A program made the position numbers and the translations under genes. Below, one piece after another: positions 1-8,894 of a stretch of 35,106 bases of DNA. The notes under the pieces are model-generated. The model saw only the letters and a program-made list of their open reading frames with translations. It was not told the DNA's origin and did not search any database. Numbering within the stretch: position 1 is the first letter of the stretch; the number at the start of each line of letters is the position of its first letter. Source of the stretch: a virus (lineage: Duplodnaviria; Caudoviricetes). The stretch covers positions 1-35,106 of the IMG/VR virus record IMGVR_UViG_3300035561_000135; one strand, given 5' to 3'.

Positions 1-12
1 CCCGCTGAATGA

Positions 13-885
13 TCAGCTTACATTCGATAGTAACTTGCTTTCATTGTAATTTTCGATAGTTTTGCGTATGAACGCTAATCCTTTTTGATAAACGACAGTC
101 TTGATCGAGATTCTCGTCTCTTCACGAACAGTGTATTTCTGTTCAATCGTACGAAAATAGCCCCTGTCTATAAATTCCTGATAGGGCTGATTGTTTTTCA
201 TCAGGATTTTTTTCTCTCTTAAAATTTTAAAAAGATTGTTCTGTCCGATTCCCATATTCAAAACTTTAGCAGATTCACCGATGGAAATTGTTTCCCGGGA
301 GCCGGTGACAGCTTTATAAAATTCAATTTTGGGTTTATCCAATTCAATTCTTTTCTTCTGCTGTTCGATCAGTTTTGATTGAAGTTGGAGTTTGTCATGC
401 TGATCTGCGGCAAGGCGGAGAGCATCTGCAAAAGTGCCGGGTAATTTGTAGCCGCCGGTTTTGCGAATCGAGGGAAGAACTTCATGAGTTACCCAGCGTT
501 TGAATGATTCTAATTTTTCAACACGTTTTTGGACTGAAGGGCTGACGTATTTGCCATTTTCTTTTCTTGCTTTCTGTGGATGCATTGAAAATAGCAATGA
601 ATACAAGCCGGGTTCATTTATAACAATCATTTGTTGTTTTCCGCCTGGAGTATCAAACGGCATTTTTAACTTATCAACATCATCCAATCTTGAAAGTGAT
701 CTCAAATAGTTTTTATCATTGAAATAATCACAAACATCTTTGCCTACAAACCAAACTTCATCATTGAAAAAACAAGTTCTAACCTTGACGTCATCTTTCC
801 GGAAAATTTGTAATTGGTAAGGACCTACATTATCTGTCATATCCTTTTGATCTTTTCCTTCAAAATTGATAATTGATTTTTCCAT
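13..885 (-). CDS. Phage antirepressor (Bro-N + ANT/KilAC domains)
   Basis: Bro-N motifs WFVGKDVC, INEPGLYSL, FKRWVTHEVLPSIRKTGGY; linker LPGTFADALRLAAD; ANT motifs KPKIEFY, IGQNNLFKILRE, PYQEFIDRGYF. Confidence 0.93.
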   Translation of the reverse strand: MEKSIINFEGKDQKDMTDNVGPYQLQIFRKDDVKVRTCFFNDEVWFVGKDVCDYFNDKNYLRSLSRLDDVDKLKMPFDTPGGKQQMIVINEPGLYSLLFSMHPQKARKENGKYVSPSVQKRVEKLESFKRWVTHEVLPSIRKTGGYKLPGTFADALRLAADQHDKLQLQSKLIEQQKKRIELDKPKIEFYKAVTGSRETISIGESAKVLNMGIGQNNLFKILREKKILMKNNQPYQEFIDRGYFRTIEQKYTVREETRISIKTVVYQKGLAFIRKTIENYNESKLLSNVS

Positions 886-893
886 AACTACCT

Positions 894-1718
894 CTATGCT
901 GAATTCTCTTTCGTTTCGGTTTCGGGTGCTTTCGTGAATGCCAGGGGATTATCTTCATACGGACAGAATTTATTATGGCTGAAGAAGATTCTTTCAGGAT
1001 AGAGTCTCGTGAAATCTTTTGTGCAGTATTTTTTATAGGCCCCATGTTTATATTCGTGGAAGATATGAGAATGGAATGCTAATGGGCAATCATGGCACTC
1101 TTTATCGGGGACATCCTGATTCAATCGTAAACCTTCTAACGTAGGAATTTCAAACTCCCTTCTGCCAATCGGTTCATCGAAAAGGACGTCAACCACGATT
1201 TTATTTGGCTCAAAATTCTCATCCGGCTCAAAAGGATTTCCGGAAATAAACTGATCGATATTAGGAAGCACGATCGGTTCTGTGAAGTAATCTTCATTCT
1301 GGAGATAACTATCGAAAGCATACATCAGGGTTCCAACGTTTTCAAAGTCTTTTTCGAGACAATGAAGTTCTCTTCTTTCATTTGTTTTGCATTTGATAAC
1401 ACCTTCACGCTCGGCTGCATAAATGTAATTCATTCCGGTGGAATCCAGAACGTTAATTACTGATGCCTGGGTAGTAAATTGACCTTCCGGTGTCAGTAAT
1501 ATCCAACCACTCTGATCACGCATCCTTTCTGAAAATTCCTTGAGTTCTTTTTTTGTTTTGAAATCTTTGTTGAATAACATTCCCTGCGGATTGTATTTAT
1601 CCCAAACGATCAGTTTTTTATGATCTGCATCTGCGACCATCAACGTCAATCCGGCGGCGATTTTTTCATCGGAAGTCTGCTCGATTTGATCTTCCGGGAA
1701 AAGTTCATTTTCATTCAT
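894..1718 (-). CDS. Hypothetical phage protein with C-terminal Cys/His cluster
   Basis: 274-aa ORF tightly packed in the left operon; CHDC...YC...FCP near C-terminus. Confidence 0.75.
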   Translation of the reverse strand: MNENELFPEDQIEQTSDEKIAAGLTLMVADADHKKLIVWDKYNPQGMLFNKDFKTKKELKEFSERMRDQSGWILLTPEGQFTTQASVINVLDSTGMNYIYAAEREGVIKCKTNERRELHCLEKDFENVGTLMYAFDSYLQNEDYFTEPIVLPNIDQFISGNPFEPDENFEPNKIVVDVLFDEPIGRREFEIPTLEGLRLNQDVPDKECHDCPLAFHSHIFHEYKHGAYKKYCTKDFTRLYPERIFFSHNKFCPYEDNPLAFTKAPETETKENSA

Positions 1719-1720
1719 GA

Positions 1721-1954
1721 TTATTTCTCCTTAATTTGGTTAAGCAGATGTTTAAAACCTCTGCCATCTTGAATAAAAGAACCGGAATGCCAGCCAGAAT
1801 ATGGCCATAAGGAAACAGTTGATCCGTTAAATTTAAATTGAATCATATTATTATCTCGAAAAGTAATTCGGAATCCTAATGCTTCAATTTTCTTCACAGC
1901 ATATTCCATTCTTTTGGGTTCCAATTTTTTTTGCCTTGCGGTATTCAATCTCAT
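1721..1954 (-). CDS. Hypothetical phage protein
   Basis: 77 aa, GAGG RBS upstream, motif WPYSGW...DGRG..L; packed in operon. Confidence 0.8.
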   Translation of the reverse strand: MRLNTARQKKLEPKRMEYAVKKIEALGFRITFRDNNMIQFKFNGSTVSLWPYSGWHSGSFIQDGRGFKHLLNQIKEK

Positions 1955-1962
1955 CTTTACCT

Positions 1963-2112
1963 CTAAGGTTTTTCTTTTCTGGCTTTTGCCAATCTGGCAG
2001 CGCAGATGATGCAGTAGCCATTGCGTTTTTTGGCAGTGTATTTGGAAATCATTGCTCCACAGAGCCGGCAGGGGATTCTGGGATCTTTTTCTGTTGGTTT
2101 AGTTCTCATCAT
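1963..2112 (-). CDS. Small zinc-finger protein (49 aa)
   Basis: CRLC...CIIC; likely start MMRTK at 2112 overlapping the end of the upstream gene. Confidence 0.6.
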   Translation of the reverse strand: MMRTKPTEKDPRIPCRLCGAMISKYTAKKRNGYCIICAARLAKARKEKP

Positions 2113-2302
2113 CTTGCTCCCGGGGATCAGCTCCCTTTTCCACAATTTGAAACTCATTATGGAAAGGCACGAAAACAGATGATTCAATTTGATATTCTTC
2201 ATTGAATTTTGTATAAATCCAGCCACCTGGTACGCGAGTTATATCATTGTAACCAATGCAGAAGGATTCATGTAATTTCATTTGATAAATATCTTTTTCC
2301 AT
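2099..2302 (-). CDS. Hypothetical phage protein (RVPGGWIY motif)
   Basis: GGAGG RBS before ATG at 2302. Confidence 0.7.
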   Translation of the reverse strand: MEKDIYQMKLHESFCIGYNDITRVPGGWIYTKFNEEYQIESSVFVPFHNEFQIVEKGADPREQDDEN

Positions 2303-2312
2303 TGATTCCTCC

Positions 2313-2364
2313 AAAAACAGGCCGGGCTTTCTGTCGGTCGCCGGAGCTCCTTCCGCCCAGCCTG
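2313..2364 (-). terminator. Terminator-like hairpin with 27-nt loop in left operon
   Basis: Minus strand CAGGCTGGGC...GCCCGGCCTG then TTTTT; the single non-canonical pair is G-U only on the minus strand. Confidence 0.55.
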
Positions 2365-2436
2365 CCGTTTTATGTGCAGTGCTACCTGCCTACTTCGAAC
2401 TCGATTTTTTGATCATAAAGGAACAATTTAACATTT

Positions 2437-3156
2437 TCACAGCTCTATCCGGTTCTGTTTGATGATTACTGAGATATCGAATTTTTTTTCGATGGTGGAT
2501 TTGATTGTGTAATTATTTCCGAATCTACTCGAAGTGTGAATTGGGATAATCATTTCAGTTGTTTTAGTATCGGTTTTTTCCAGAAACTGAATTATTCTTT
2601 CCAAATTGAAATGTGATTTACGAATGCGATTGGCTCCAGCTTCATTGATTTTGCCATCCTTGATTGCCTTTTCCAAATCTTCAGTGATGTAATTCACTTC
2701 GAGCATATAAGCATTAACTTTGTTGAATCTGTATCTTAGGAAGTAAGTATCAGTAGCAAACACGATCTTTTTGTATTCAATTTTAGAAAATATTATGAAA
2801 CCAAGAGGTTCTGGACAATCATGTTCAGTTTCAAAGGCTTTGATGCGGAATTCATCTGTTTCAATCAAACTACTGGAATCTATTTTAATTGCGAAGTGAT
2901 CATTGATATTCAAGGCATCAAAGGTTCCTGCAGAAGAATAGACTTTGATTCCCAGTTTGAGAATATGCTTAATCGATTTGGCATGATCGCCATGATCATG
3001 AGTAAGCAGGCAGCAGGCAACATCGGAGAAATTAAAGTTCATTTTTTCTTTGATTAACTTGAAAAGAATTCCTGCTTCGATCATGATTTTCTCCTTTAAT
3101 CCAGAAATCACGTAGCAATTCCCTGCAGAACTGCTGGCCAGAATATCAATTGTCAT
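2437..3156 (-). CDS. MBL-fold metallo-hydrolase (putative exonuclease partner of RecT)
   Basis: SSSAGNCY, THDHGDH (HxHxDH), TEHD, ATDT, LEVNY, SHF, IHTS motifs; adjacent to RecT. Confidence 0.92.
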   Translation of the reverse strand: MTIDILASSSAGNCYVISGLKEKIMIEAGILFKLIKEKMNFNFSDVACCLLTHDHGDHAKSIKHILKLGIKVYSSAGTFDALNINDHFAIKIDSSSLIETDEFRIKAFETEHDCPEPLGFIIFSKIEYKKIVFATDTYFLRYRFNKVNAYMLEVNYITEDLEKAIKDGKINEAGANRIRKSHFNLERIIQFLEKTDTKTTEMIIPIHTSSRFGNNYTIKSTIEKKFDISVIIKQNRIEL

Positions 3157-3158
3157 AA

Positions 3159-3974
3159 TTAATCTAAATCCTCAGGGATCTCAGATGTTTTATTCTCAGG
3201 TTCAGCTTCTTCTTTTTCTTCTGTAACTTCATCGACATCAATATCAATAGTAGAGGCATGTGTATCCGCTTTTTCAGCGGGAGATTGGTTATCCGTATCG
3301 CCTGTAAATGCGTTAACCATTTCAATTGAAAGATAGCCATATTTACCTAATAAATGCGAGAGAACCGTTTTTACTGCCATTCCATCGAAATCTTTTTTCC
3401 AGGGAGAATAACCGGATTCATAACCTTTGGCATATTCCTGCATGTGTTTTTCCATCCATTCCCGGGATCTGTAGATTGCTTTTTTGAAGCCGTTCAATAA
3501 TTCAAAATAAGCAAAGTAACCTTTTGCGGGTTCATCTTCTTTGGAATCTCCTGGAATAAAATTGATTTCACCGGAAGGAAATATCGTTTCAACTTCCCAA
3601 CCTGCTGGAATTATATCGGCATTGATAAATTTGTATTTTCCAGTTCGCATTGCAAGTTGAATATAACCACGATAACCAATTTGAAAGTTTGGTCTCAAAA
3701 CTCCCTTTTCTTTTCTTGGAATTATCCAAGCATAACCCAGATTTTTATTGATCGGAAGTTTGAGACTGGCAGCTTTCAAAGCTTCCATAATCAAATCTTT
3801 ATGATTACACTGCTGCAGCATTTCATCTGCAGAGAACATTTCTACCAAACTGGCAGTAAACGGTCCGGCTTGCTGTTTCAAAGCATTCTGAAACTGTTCT
3901 GAAACGGATTCCATGTTCAGAACAGATTTGAATTTTTCAACAGTTTTATTTTGCGGTGCTAATTGATTACTCAT
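3159..3974 (-). CDS. recT: RecT-family single-strand annealing protein
   Basis: ALKAASLKLP..LGYAWIIP, FQIGYRGYIQLAMRTG, SPW..DFDGMAVKTVL; acidic C-terminal tail. Confidence 0.93.
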   Translation of the reverse strand: MSNQLAPQNKTVEKFKSVLNMESVSEQFQNALKQQAGPFTASLVEMFSADEMLQQCNHKDLIMEALKAASLKLPINKNLGYAWIIPRKEKGVLRPNFQIGYRGYIQLAMRTGKYKFINADIIPAGWEVETIFPSGEINFIPGDSKEDEPAKGYFAYFELLNGFKKAIYRSREWMEKHMQEYAKGYESGYSPWKKDFDGMAVKTVLSHLLGKYGYLSIEMVNAFTGDTDNQSPAEKADTHASTIDIDVDEVTEEKEEAEPENKTSEIPEDLD

Positions 3975-3986
3975 TATTCATTCTCC

Positions 3987-5900
3987 TTATTTTATTGTTA
4001 ACTCAGTGTGTGATTTAACAGCTTCCAGGCAGATCAGCTGGTTATCACAATCAATTTTATCGGTTACGCTTTCAGTATTATCTACAAATACAGGGAGGCA
4101 CAATTTGAAATGTTTCGATAGGATATTTATCATCTGGATTCCAGTAATTATCTGTGAACCAGTATTTGCATATTGGTACGGAACCAGTGAACCAGCTTTG
4201 TTCAAAATCAAAACGTCACATGTTTCGCGGAAGCCGCCGTTCATTTGTTGATCAAATAGCTTAACCTTGATTTTTCGATCAAACAGTGAATTGATTTCAC
4301 CTTCTACAGTGTTGATATATTTGATTTTCAATTTATTGATCAGGTCAATTTTCTGTTCAATCTTCATCAGGTTGTTATTGGCATCCTTCAGTTTAGTTTC
4401 GAGTTCTGCAAGGCGTTGCTTTGCCCTTTGGGAATTTTCAAAACCGGCAATATTCTGATTGATTTGATCAACCTGTTTTTGAAGTTCTTCAATTTCTTCA
4501 TCTACAATGCCAGTTAACCCGAGATTATTCAATTTGATCAGGAGATCGGTTTTCTTATCAATCAGTGATTTTTTTTCTGAAGATCGATCTTGAGTATTTG
4601 AAACATTTTCCAGTTTGATTGATAATTCTGAGATTTTTGTTTCAATATCTTGCAAGGATTGTTTTTTAAGCTCGTTCTCTTTTTCGATCGTTTCGAGTTG
4701 TTTTCGATTGTTGGTAATTGCTTCTTTTTGATTTTTAGATTCCTGCAGGATATTTTTCAAGCGTTTTTCTTTATCATCTTTCCAATTTGAAACTGCAGAA
4801 CTTCGTTGATCTGCAGGAAGTTTCTGTTTACAGGCTGGACAAATCGTTAAATCTTCAGGTTGCTTTTGATCATTTAGTTCTATGTAGGCTGCTTTGAGTT
4901 TCGCTCTTGAAGTTGTTAACTCATAGATTTTATCTTTGATTGATGAAATCTGCTGAGAATTGGTTTGAATTTCTGAAGTGATGCGTGATTTTGCCAGTTT
5001 AGCTTCTGTTAGTTCACTGTTTACTTTCTTGTAAATTGTATCATCATTAGAGTTTTCGATTTCAAGAATTTGGTTGTTGATTTCATTAACCTGTTTTTTG
5101 ATTTTTTCGCTTTCTTCCTGATATTTTCGATTGTTTTCAATTTTCAGATCATTGATTTTCTCATTGATACTTTTCCTTTTATCTTGAAGATCTTTTACTG
5201 TTGCTTCATAGTTTGAGTTTATATTTTTTGATACTTCATCGATTCTGGGAGGAATTGTTTCAATTTGATGTTTGAGTTCTTTCCTTTGATATTTATATTT
5301 TGTTTCAGTATCCTTTATGCCGTTTTGCAGAACATCATCTTTGATCAAACCAAAACCATATTCAACTACCAGATCTTCATAAGTATAGTTTTTGATTAGG
5401 TTAGTAAGAAGTATTCTTCTATCTTCCCATGACATTTGTTCATTGAAATAGGTTTGCGAAGTTAGCAGTTTGAAATTTTCTTCAGAAACAATCTTTCTGA
5501 TAAATTCATCATATTCCATCTTTTTAAGTGGGATATCATCGATAAAATAGGTTGTTGTGGTTCCGGTAAGTTCTTCGGTTGTTTCACCATGACGCTTTGT
5601 CCATTTTTCTTCCAGAACTCTTTTTAGGACATGCAGATCTCCATCGATCGCTATTTCTGCTTTTACTGAAGTTGTTAGACGATGGATTGGATTGTTTTCC
5701 TTATCCAAAGGAATTATGTCAAATTTCGATCTGAACTGGGAATCCTTTCCAAACAATAACCAGAAAAAAGCATCGGCGACTGTGGTTTTTCCTGTTTCAT
5801 TTCTTCCAGAAATTATCGTTTGATCGTGATTAAAAGGAATTTCAACAGATTTTATTCCTTTGAAGTTGTTAATTTCCATTTTCTTCAAAATTACTTCCAT
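3987..5900 (-). CDS. SMC/Rad50-like AAA ATPase of phage recombination module
   Basis: N-terminal NNFKGIK, Walker A GRNETGKTT, long coiled coil, Walker B VFVDNTE. Confidence 0.9.
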   Translation of the reverse strand: MEVILKKMEINNFKGIKSVEIPFNHDQTIISGRNETGKTTVADAFFWLLFGKDSQFRSKFDIIPLDKENNPIHRLTTSVKAEIAIDGDLHVLKRVLEEKWTKRHGETTEELTGTTTTYFIDDIPLKKMEYDEFIRKIVSEENFKLLTSQTYFNEQMSWEDRRILLTNLIKNYTYEDLVVEYGFGLIKDDVLQNGIKDTETKYKYQRKELKHQIETIPPRIDEVSKNINSNYEATVKDLQDKRKSINEKINDLKIENNRKYQEESEKIKKQVNEINNQILEIENSNDDTIYKKVNSELTEAKLAKSRITSEIQTNSQQISSIKDKIYELTTSRAKLKAAYIELNDQKQPEDLTICPACKQKLPADQRSSAVSNWKDDKEKRLKNILQESKNQKEAITNNRKQLETIEKENELKKQSLQDIETKISELSIKLENVSNTQDRSSEKKSLIDKKTDLLIKLNNLGLTGIVDEEIEELQKQVDQINQNIAGFENSQRAKQRLAELETKLKDANNNLMKIEQKIDLINKLKIKYINTVEGEINSLFDRKIKVKLFDQQMNGGFRETCDVLILNKAGSLVPYQYANTGSQIITGIQMINILSKHFKLCLPVFVDNTESVTDKIDCDNQLICLEAVKSHTELTIK

Positions 5901-5901
5901 A

Positions 5902-6159
5902 TTATTCTCCTGTAATTTCCTTTTTGATGGACCAGACAGCTTGTTTGAGGTTGCCTTTGATGTGAGCTACATTGCCGGAATGAAGGCGGTCTATCATGTT
6001 TTCCAGTTGTTCAAGTTTTTCGATCAACTCATTTTTAGTTGACAGAATTTGGTTTGATTTTGAAATTCTAATTGTTGGTGGTCGAGATGGTTGTGGATTT
6101 TGGAAAGGTCTCGAAACATACAATCCAAAGTCTGCAACCTTTTTCATTTTATCCGACAT
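5902..6159 (-). CDS. Hypothetical protein
   Basis: 85 aa, overlaps upstream gene, abuts ATPase. Confidence 0.65.
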   Translation of the reverse strand: MSDKMKKVADFGLYVSRPFQNPQPSRPPTIRISKSNQILSTKNELIEKLEQLENMIDRLHSGNVAHIKGNLKQAVWSIKKEITGE

Positions 6160-6568
6160 TTTCGACTTCCTTTTCTAAAAAATCGTTTTTCAGTTCTGCG
6201 AAAGCTTTTTCGATCATTTCGTTTGAAGAATTTTTGACTTTGAAATCTTCCGGCAGTTTGACTATGCTGCAGATATTATTGTAATGAGTAAGTAATTCCA
6301 GATACCTTACTTTAAGATCATGGAGTTCGCAGGTTTGTTTTTTTACATCTGAAATAAGAATTTTGTAATCATTGATAGTCTGATTTAATTCTTTTTTCAA
6401 ATCCGATATTTGCTTTTCAATTTCCACTTCAGCAGTTCTCATATTTGAGATGTAGTCTTTTAACCTGGTAATTTCGTTTGTGAGTCCTTTGATGTTTTGT
6501 CTTCGGACATAATCCAGGACAGTGGAACCCACAACGAGGATAATGATGATTCCAACAGCAACAACCAT
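6149..6568 (-). CDS. Membrane-anchored coiled-coil protein
   Basis: N-terminal hydrophobic helix VVAVGIIIILVVG followed by heptad-rich region; GGAG RBS. Confidence 0.7.
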   Translation of the reverse strand: MVVAVGIIIILVVGSTVLDYVRRQNIKGLTNEITRLKDYISNMRTAEVEIEKQISDLKKELNQTINDYKILISDVKKQTCELHDLKVRYLELLTHYNNICSIVKLPEDFKVKNSSNEMIEKAFAELKNDFLEKEVENVG

Positions 6569-6828
6569 TATAACGCTCCTAATTTTCGTTTAGCTTCATC
6601 CGGCAGATCGTCGATCGGGTTTTGCACACTGCCGTTTCTGGTTCTGATGAGTTCTTTGAAGTATTCGGTGACAGCGATCTTGAAAGCCAGAGAAGCATTT
6701 TCATCATTTATAACCCGGTATATCTGCTTTCGGTTGGTTCCTAAAGCTCGGGCTATTTCCTCAATTTCGACACCATAAGTAGCCTTTAAAGCTCTTAACT
6801 GTTTTTGATTATAGATATTAAATTTCAT
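6568..6828 (-). CDS. XRE/Cro-like HTH protein
   Basis: LRALKATYGVEIEEIARALGTNRKQIYRVIN; AGGAG RBS before ATG at 6828. Confidence 0.75.
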   Translation of the reverse strand: MKFNIYNQKQLRALKATYGVEIEEIARALGTNRKQIYRVINDENASLAFKIAVTEYFKELIRTRNGSVQNPIDDLPDEAKRKLGAL

Positions 6829-6841
6829 TTTTGCAGCTCCT

Positions 6842-7213
6842 TTAAACATAATATTGAATTTGATTAACTGCGACGATCATGACTGTGATCATCGGCAGGA
6901 TAGCTACCCGGACCATGCTGAAAAGAAGCTTTGTATTGAGTTTGGGATGCTTTTCCTTTACCTTGATAACGATTTGCTGGATCAGTTCTTCTCTGATAAG
7001 CGGATCAGAAAAGTATTCTTTGATGGAATGGATGATTTGGTTGAAGCTGATAATTTTGGGTTTTGGTTTCTCGATGGTAACGATTACAGTTTTAGTTTTG
7101 ACGGGTCTATCGGCATTCTTCTTTTCAATCAAATTCAGATTTTCAACCTCGGATTCGCCGTGGAAATTTTGAGGCTCATAATCTGTAACGACATTAGCAT
7201 TTCGATAAATCAT
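6842..7213 (-). CDS. Hypothetical protein, first gene of left operon, C-terminal hydrophobic helix
   Basis: GGGAG RBS before ATG at 7213; C-terminal VRVAILPMITVMIVAV. Confidence 0.6.
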   Translation of the reverse strand: MIYRNANVVTDYEPQNFHGESEVENLNLIEKKNADRPVKTKTVIVTIEKPKPKIISFNQIIHSIKEYFSDPLIREELIQQIVIKVKEKHPKLNTKLLFSMVRVAILPMITVMIVAVNQIQYYV

Positions 7214-7234
7214 TTTAAATACTCCCACAATTAT

Positions 7235-7316
7235 TTTGACACTAAGACAAACATTACTAAATTATCTTTTGTGTCTCATGTGAGACAATTAGCATGAGAG
7301 TACAAAAAGTGTCAAA
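7235..7316. promoter_or_regulatory. Lysis/lysogeny switch: opposed TTGACA boxes flanking a palindromic operator
   Basis: TTGACA plus at 7236-7241 with TAAATT at 7258-7263; TTGACA minus at 7315-7310; palindrome TGTCTCA-TG-TGAGACA at 7272-7287. Confidence 0.65.
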
Positions 7317-7362
7317 CATTTTTTTTACTTTTGTGAAAATTTAAAGAGTGCAGGGGGGTAAA

Positions 7363-7743
7363 ATGGTCGAGAAGCGTGTAGATAAGGAACTATGTGATAG
7401 AGTAAAAAAGATTAAAGAAAAACTGAGATTTCGAACAACGCAAGAAATGGCGGATTATTTTAAGGTAAGTAAAAGCTCGATTGACCAAGCATTTATTTAT
7501 AGGAAAAATCCCCCCAGGAAGCTTATTGATGGGTTAGTTAAAAAGGCAGAAGTAAATTACGAATGGTTAATAAGCGGTGAAGGTGAAATGTTTGATAAAT
7601 CAGCCGAAGAAGACAGCAATATTAATGTTTTATATGGGAAGGACGTAAAGAAGCTGATTGAAAGCAACCATCAGCTAACTGTAACGAATTCTAAAGTTGT
7701 GGAAGAATTACTGAGAATTTTAAAGGAGGAAGAAAAGAAATGA
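7363..7743 (+). CDS. CI-like XRE-family repressor
   Basis: HTH TTQEMADYFKVSKSSIDQ, signature VNYEWLISGEGEMF; divergent from early operon; no S24 peptidase domain visible. Confidence 0.85.
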   Translation: MVEKRVDKELCDRVKKIKEKLRFRTTQEMADYFKVSKSSIDQAFIYRKNPPRKLIDGLVKKAEVNYEWLISGEGEMFDKSAEEDSNINVLYGKDVKKLIESNHQLTVTNSKVVEELLRILKEEEKK

Positions 7744-7958
7744 TTGAGTTTGTAGCTGGAATTATATCTTTAATTCTTATTATAGTATTTCTTTTAATAT
7801 ACGTGCGATTAAACGGCATTTATAAGATCCTTCGATTTTTTAAAGAGCAGCATGAAATAAAGAAAAAGATGGATATGTATTGGACTTGTCCAAATTGTGA
7901 GACAAAGGTTCAAAACACAACTTATGAGTGTATAAATTGCGGATATAGATTAAAATGA
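7740..7958 (+). CDS. Membrane protein with C-terminal zinc ribbon
   Basis: N-terminal TM helix; WTCPNC...ECINCG; ATGA overlap with repressor. Confidence 0.8.
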   Translation: MIEFVAGIISLILIIVFLLIYVRLNGIYKILRFFKEQHEIKKKMDMYWTCPNCETKVQNTTYECINCGYRLK

Positions 7959-7984
7959 AATAGTTTTTTTTATCATGAATCATT

Positions 7985-8116
7985 ATGGAACCATCGATTT
8001 GGGATCAGATGTACAATTCAGACGGCGGTACCGGCGGGGCGGTATTATTTTTGTTAATGATAATTATGATATACATTTTGTCGGTAAATAGGAAGCGGGA
8101 TGATGAGAATAAATGA
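7985..8116 (+). CDS. Putative small membrane protein (43 aa; not in ORF track)
   Basis: Hand translation MEPSIWDQMYNSDGGTGGAVLFLLMIIMIYILSVNRKRDDENK; one TM plus charged tail; no clear RBS. Confidence 0.45.
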   Translation: MEPSIWDQMYNSDGGTGGAVLFLLMIIMIYILSVNRKRDDENK

Positions 8117-8440
8117 TTAGTTACAATATTTTTCTAAATCAATCTTAATCCACTTTTTATATTTTTCAATAATTGTTAAACCATCCTCAATAAGTTTATA
8201 AATTTTCCTGAGATATTCACATTTTAAAAATCCAATAACTTTTAAATTCTTATTATTTTTTAAACATTGAAAACTAACAGGTTTAAGTTTATGTCGGCTG
8301 ATATCTTTATCGAAATGAACATTATTGTTAATAAAACAATCATCTACCTTTTCAATCATTAATTTACCCAGCATGGAAAAAATTGGCAAAATAGCAGAGT
8401 AAAAAAACATTATCACAAAAATACAAAAATAATTTGACAA
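8117..8440 (-). CDS. AT-rich hypothetical ORF, possibly degraded
   Basis: 107-codon ORF on opposite strand, TTG start, no RBS seen. Confidence 0.3.
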   Translation of the reverse strand: MSNYFCIFVIMFFYSAILPIFSMLGKLMIEKVDDCFINNNVHFDKDISRHKLKPVSFQCLKNNKNLKVIGFLKCEYLRKIYKLIEDGLTIIEKYKKWIKIDLEKYCN

Positions 8441-8506
8441 AAATCTAATAATAAAAAATTCATCGCACAGAGGTAGGAATGAAATGTATGATGAGAAAAA
8501 TATTAA

Positions 8507-8553
8507 AGCCGGATTTTGAATGGGATAAAATCCATTCGGATTCGGTTTTTTTT
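8507..8553 (+). terminator. Intrinsic terminator-like hairpin in leader of replication operon
   Basis: AGCCGGATTTTGAATGG...CCATTCGGATTCGGTT ending in a T8 run (8546-8553). Confidence 0.7.
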
Positions 8554-8597
8554 ATTTCGCTTAAAATGATTTTGGGAAAAATTGAAAGAGGCAAAAT

Positions 8598-8798
8598 ATG
8601 AAGAACGAGTTAAAGACGATTCTGCGAAACATGGAACCAAGGCGTAATCTGAAATGGTTTTGGAATGAGTACATCCGGTTTATACGACCAGATCAAGAGA
8701 TTTGTTATACTTATTTCAGCAATATGATGAATGAATTTTGTGTAATGTGGCCGGAAATCGAAACAAAAATCAAAAAATTTATAAATGAAAACAAATAG
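8598..8798 (+). CDS. Small hypothetical protein, possibly HTH
   Basis: GAGG RBS; 66 aa; first gene of the rightward early operon. Confidence 0.7.
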   Translation: MKNELKTILRNMEPRRNLKWFWNEYIRFIRPDQEICYTYFSNMMNEFCVMWPEIETKIKKFINENK

Positions 8799-8894
8799 AT
8801 TAATCAGCGGGACAGTCTCTTTGCCAGGAGATTTCCGGACAGCCTTCCCTGCTGGATTACCGCTGAATAATTACAAACCTGGAAGGAGGTGATT

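Noticed and set aside
6854-7297. Plus-strand ORFs of 147 and 97 aa opposite the left operon
   Set aside because: They are antisense to RBS-supported minus-strand genes and show no recognisable motifs.
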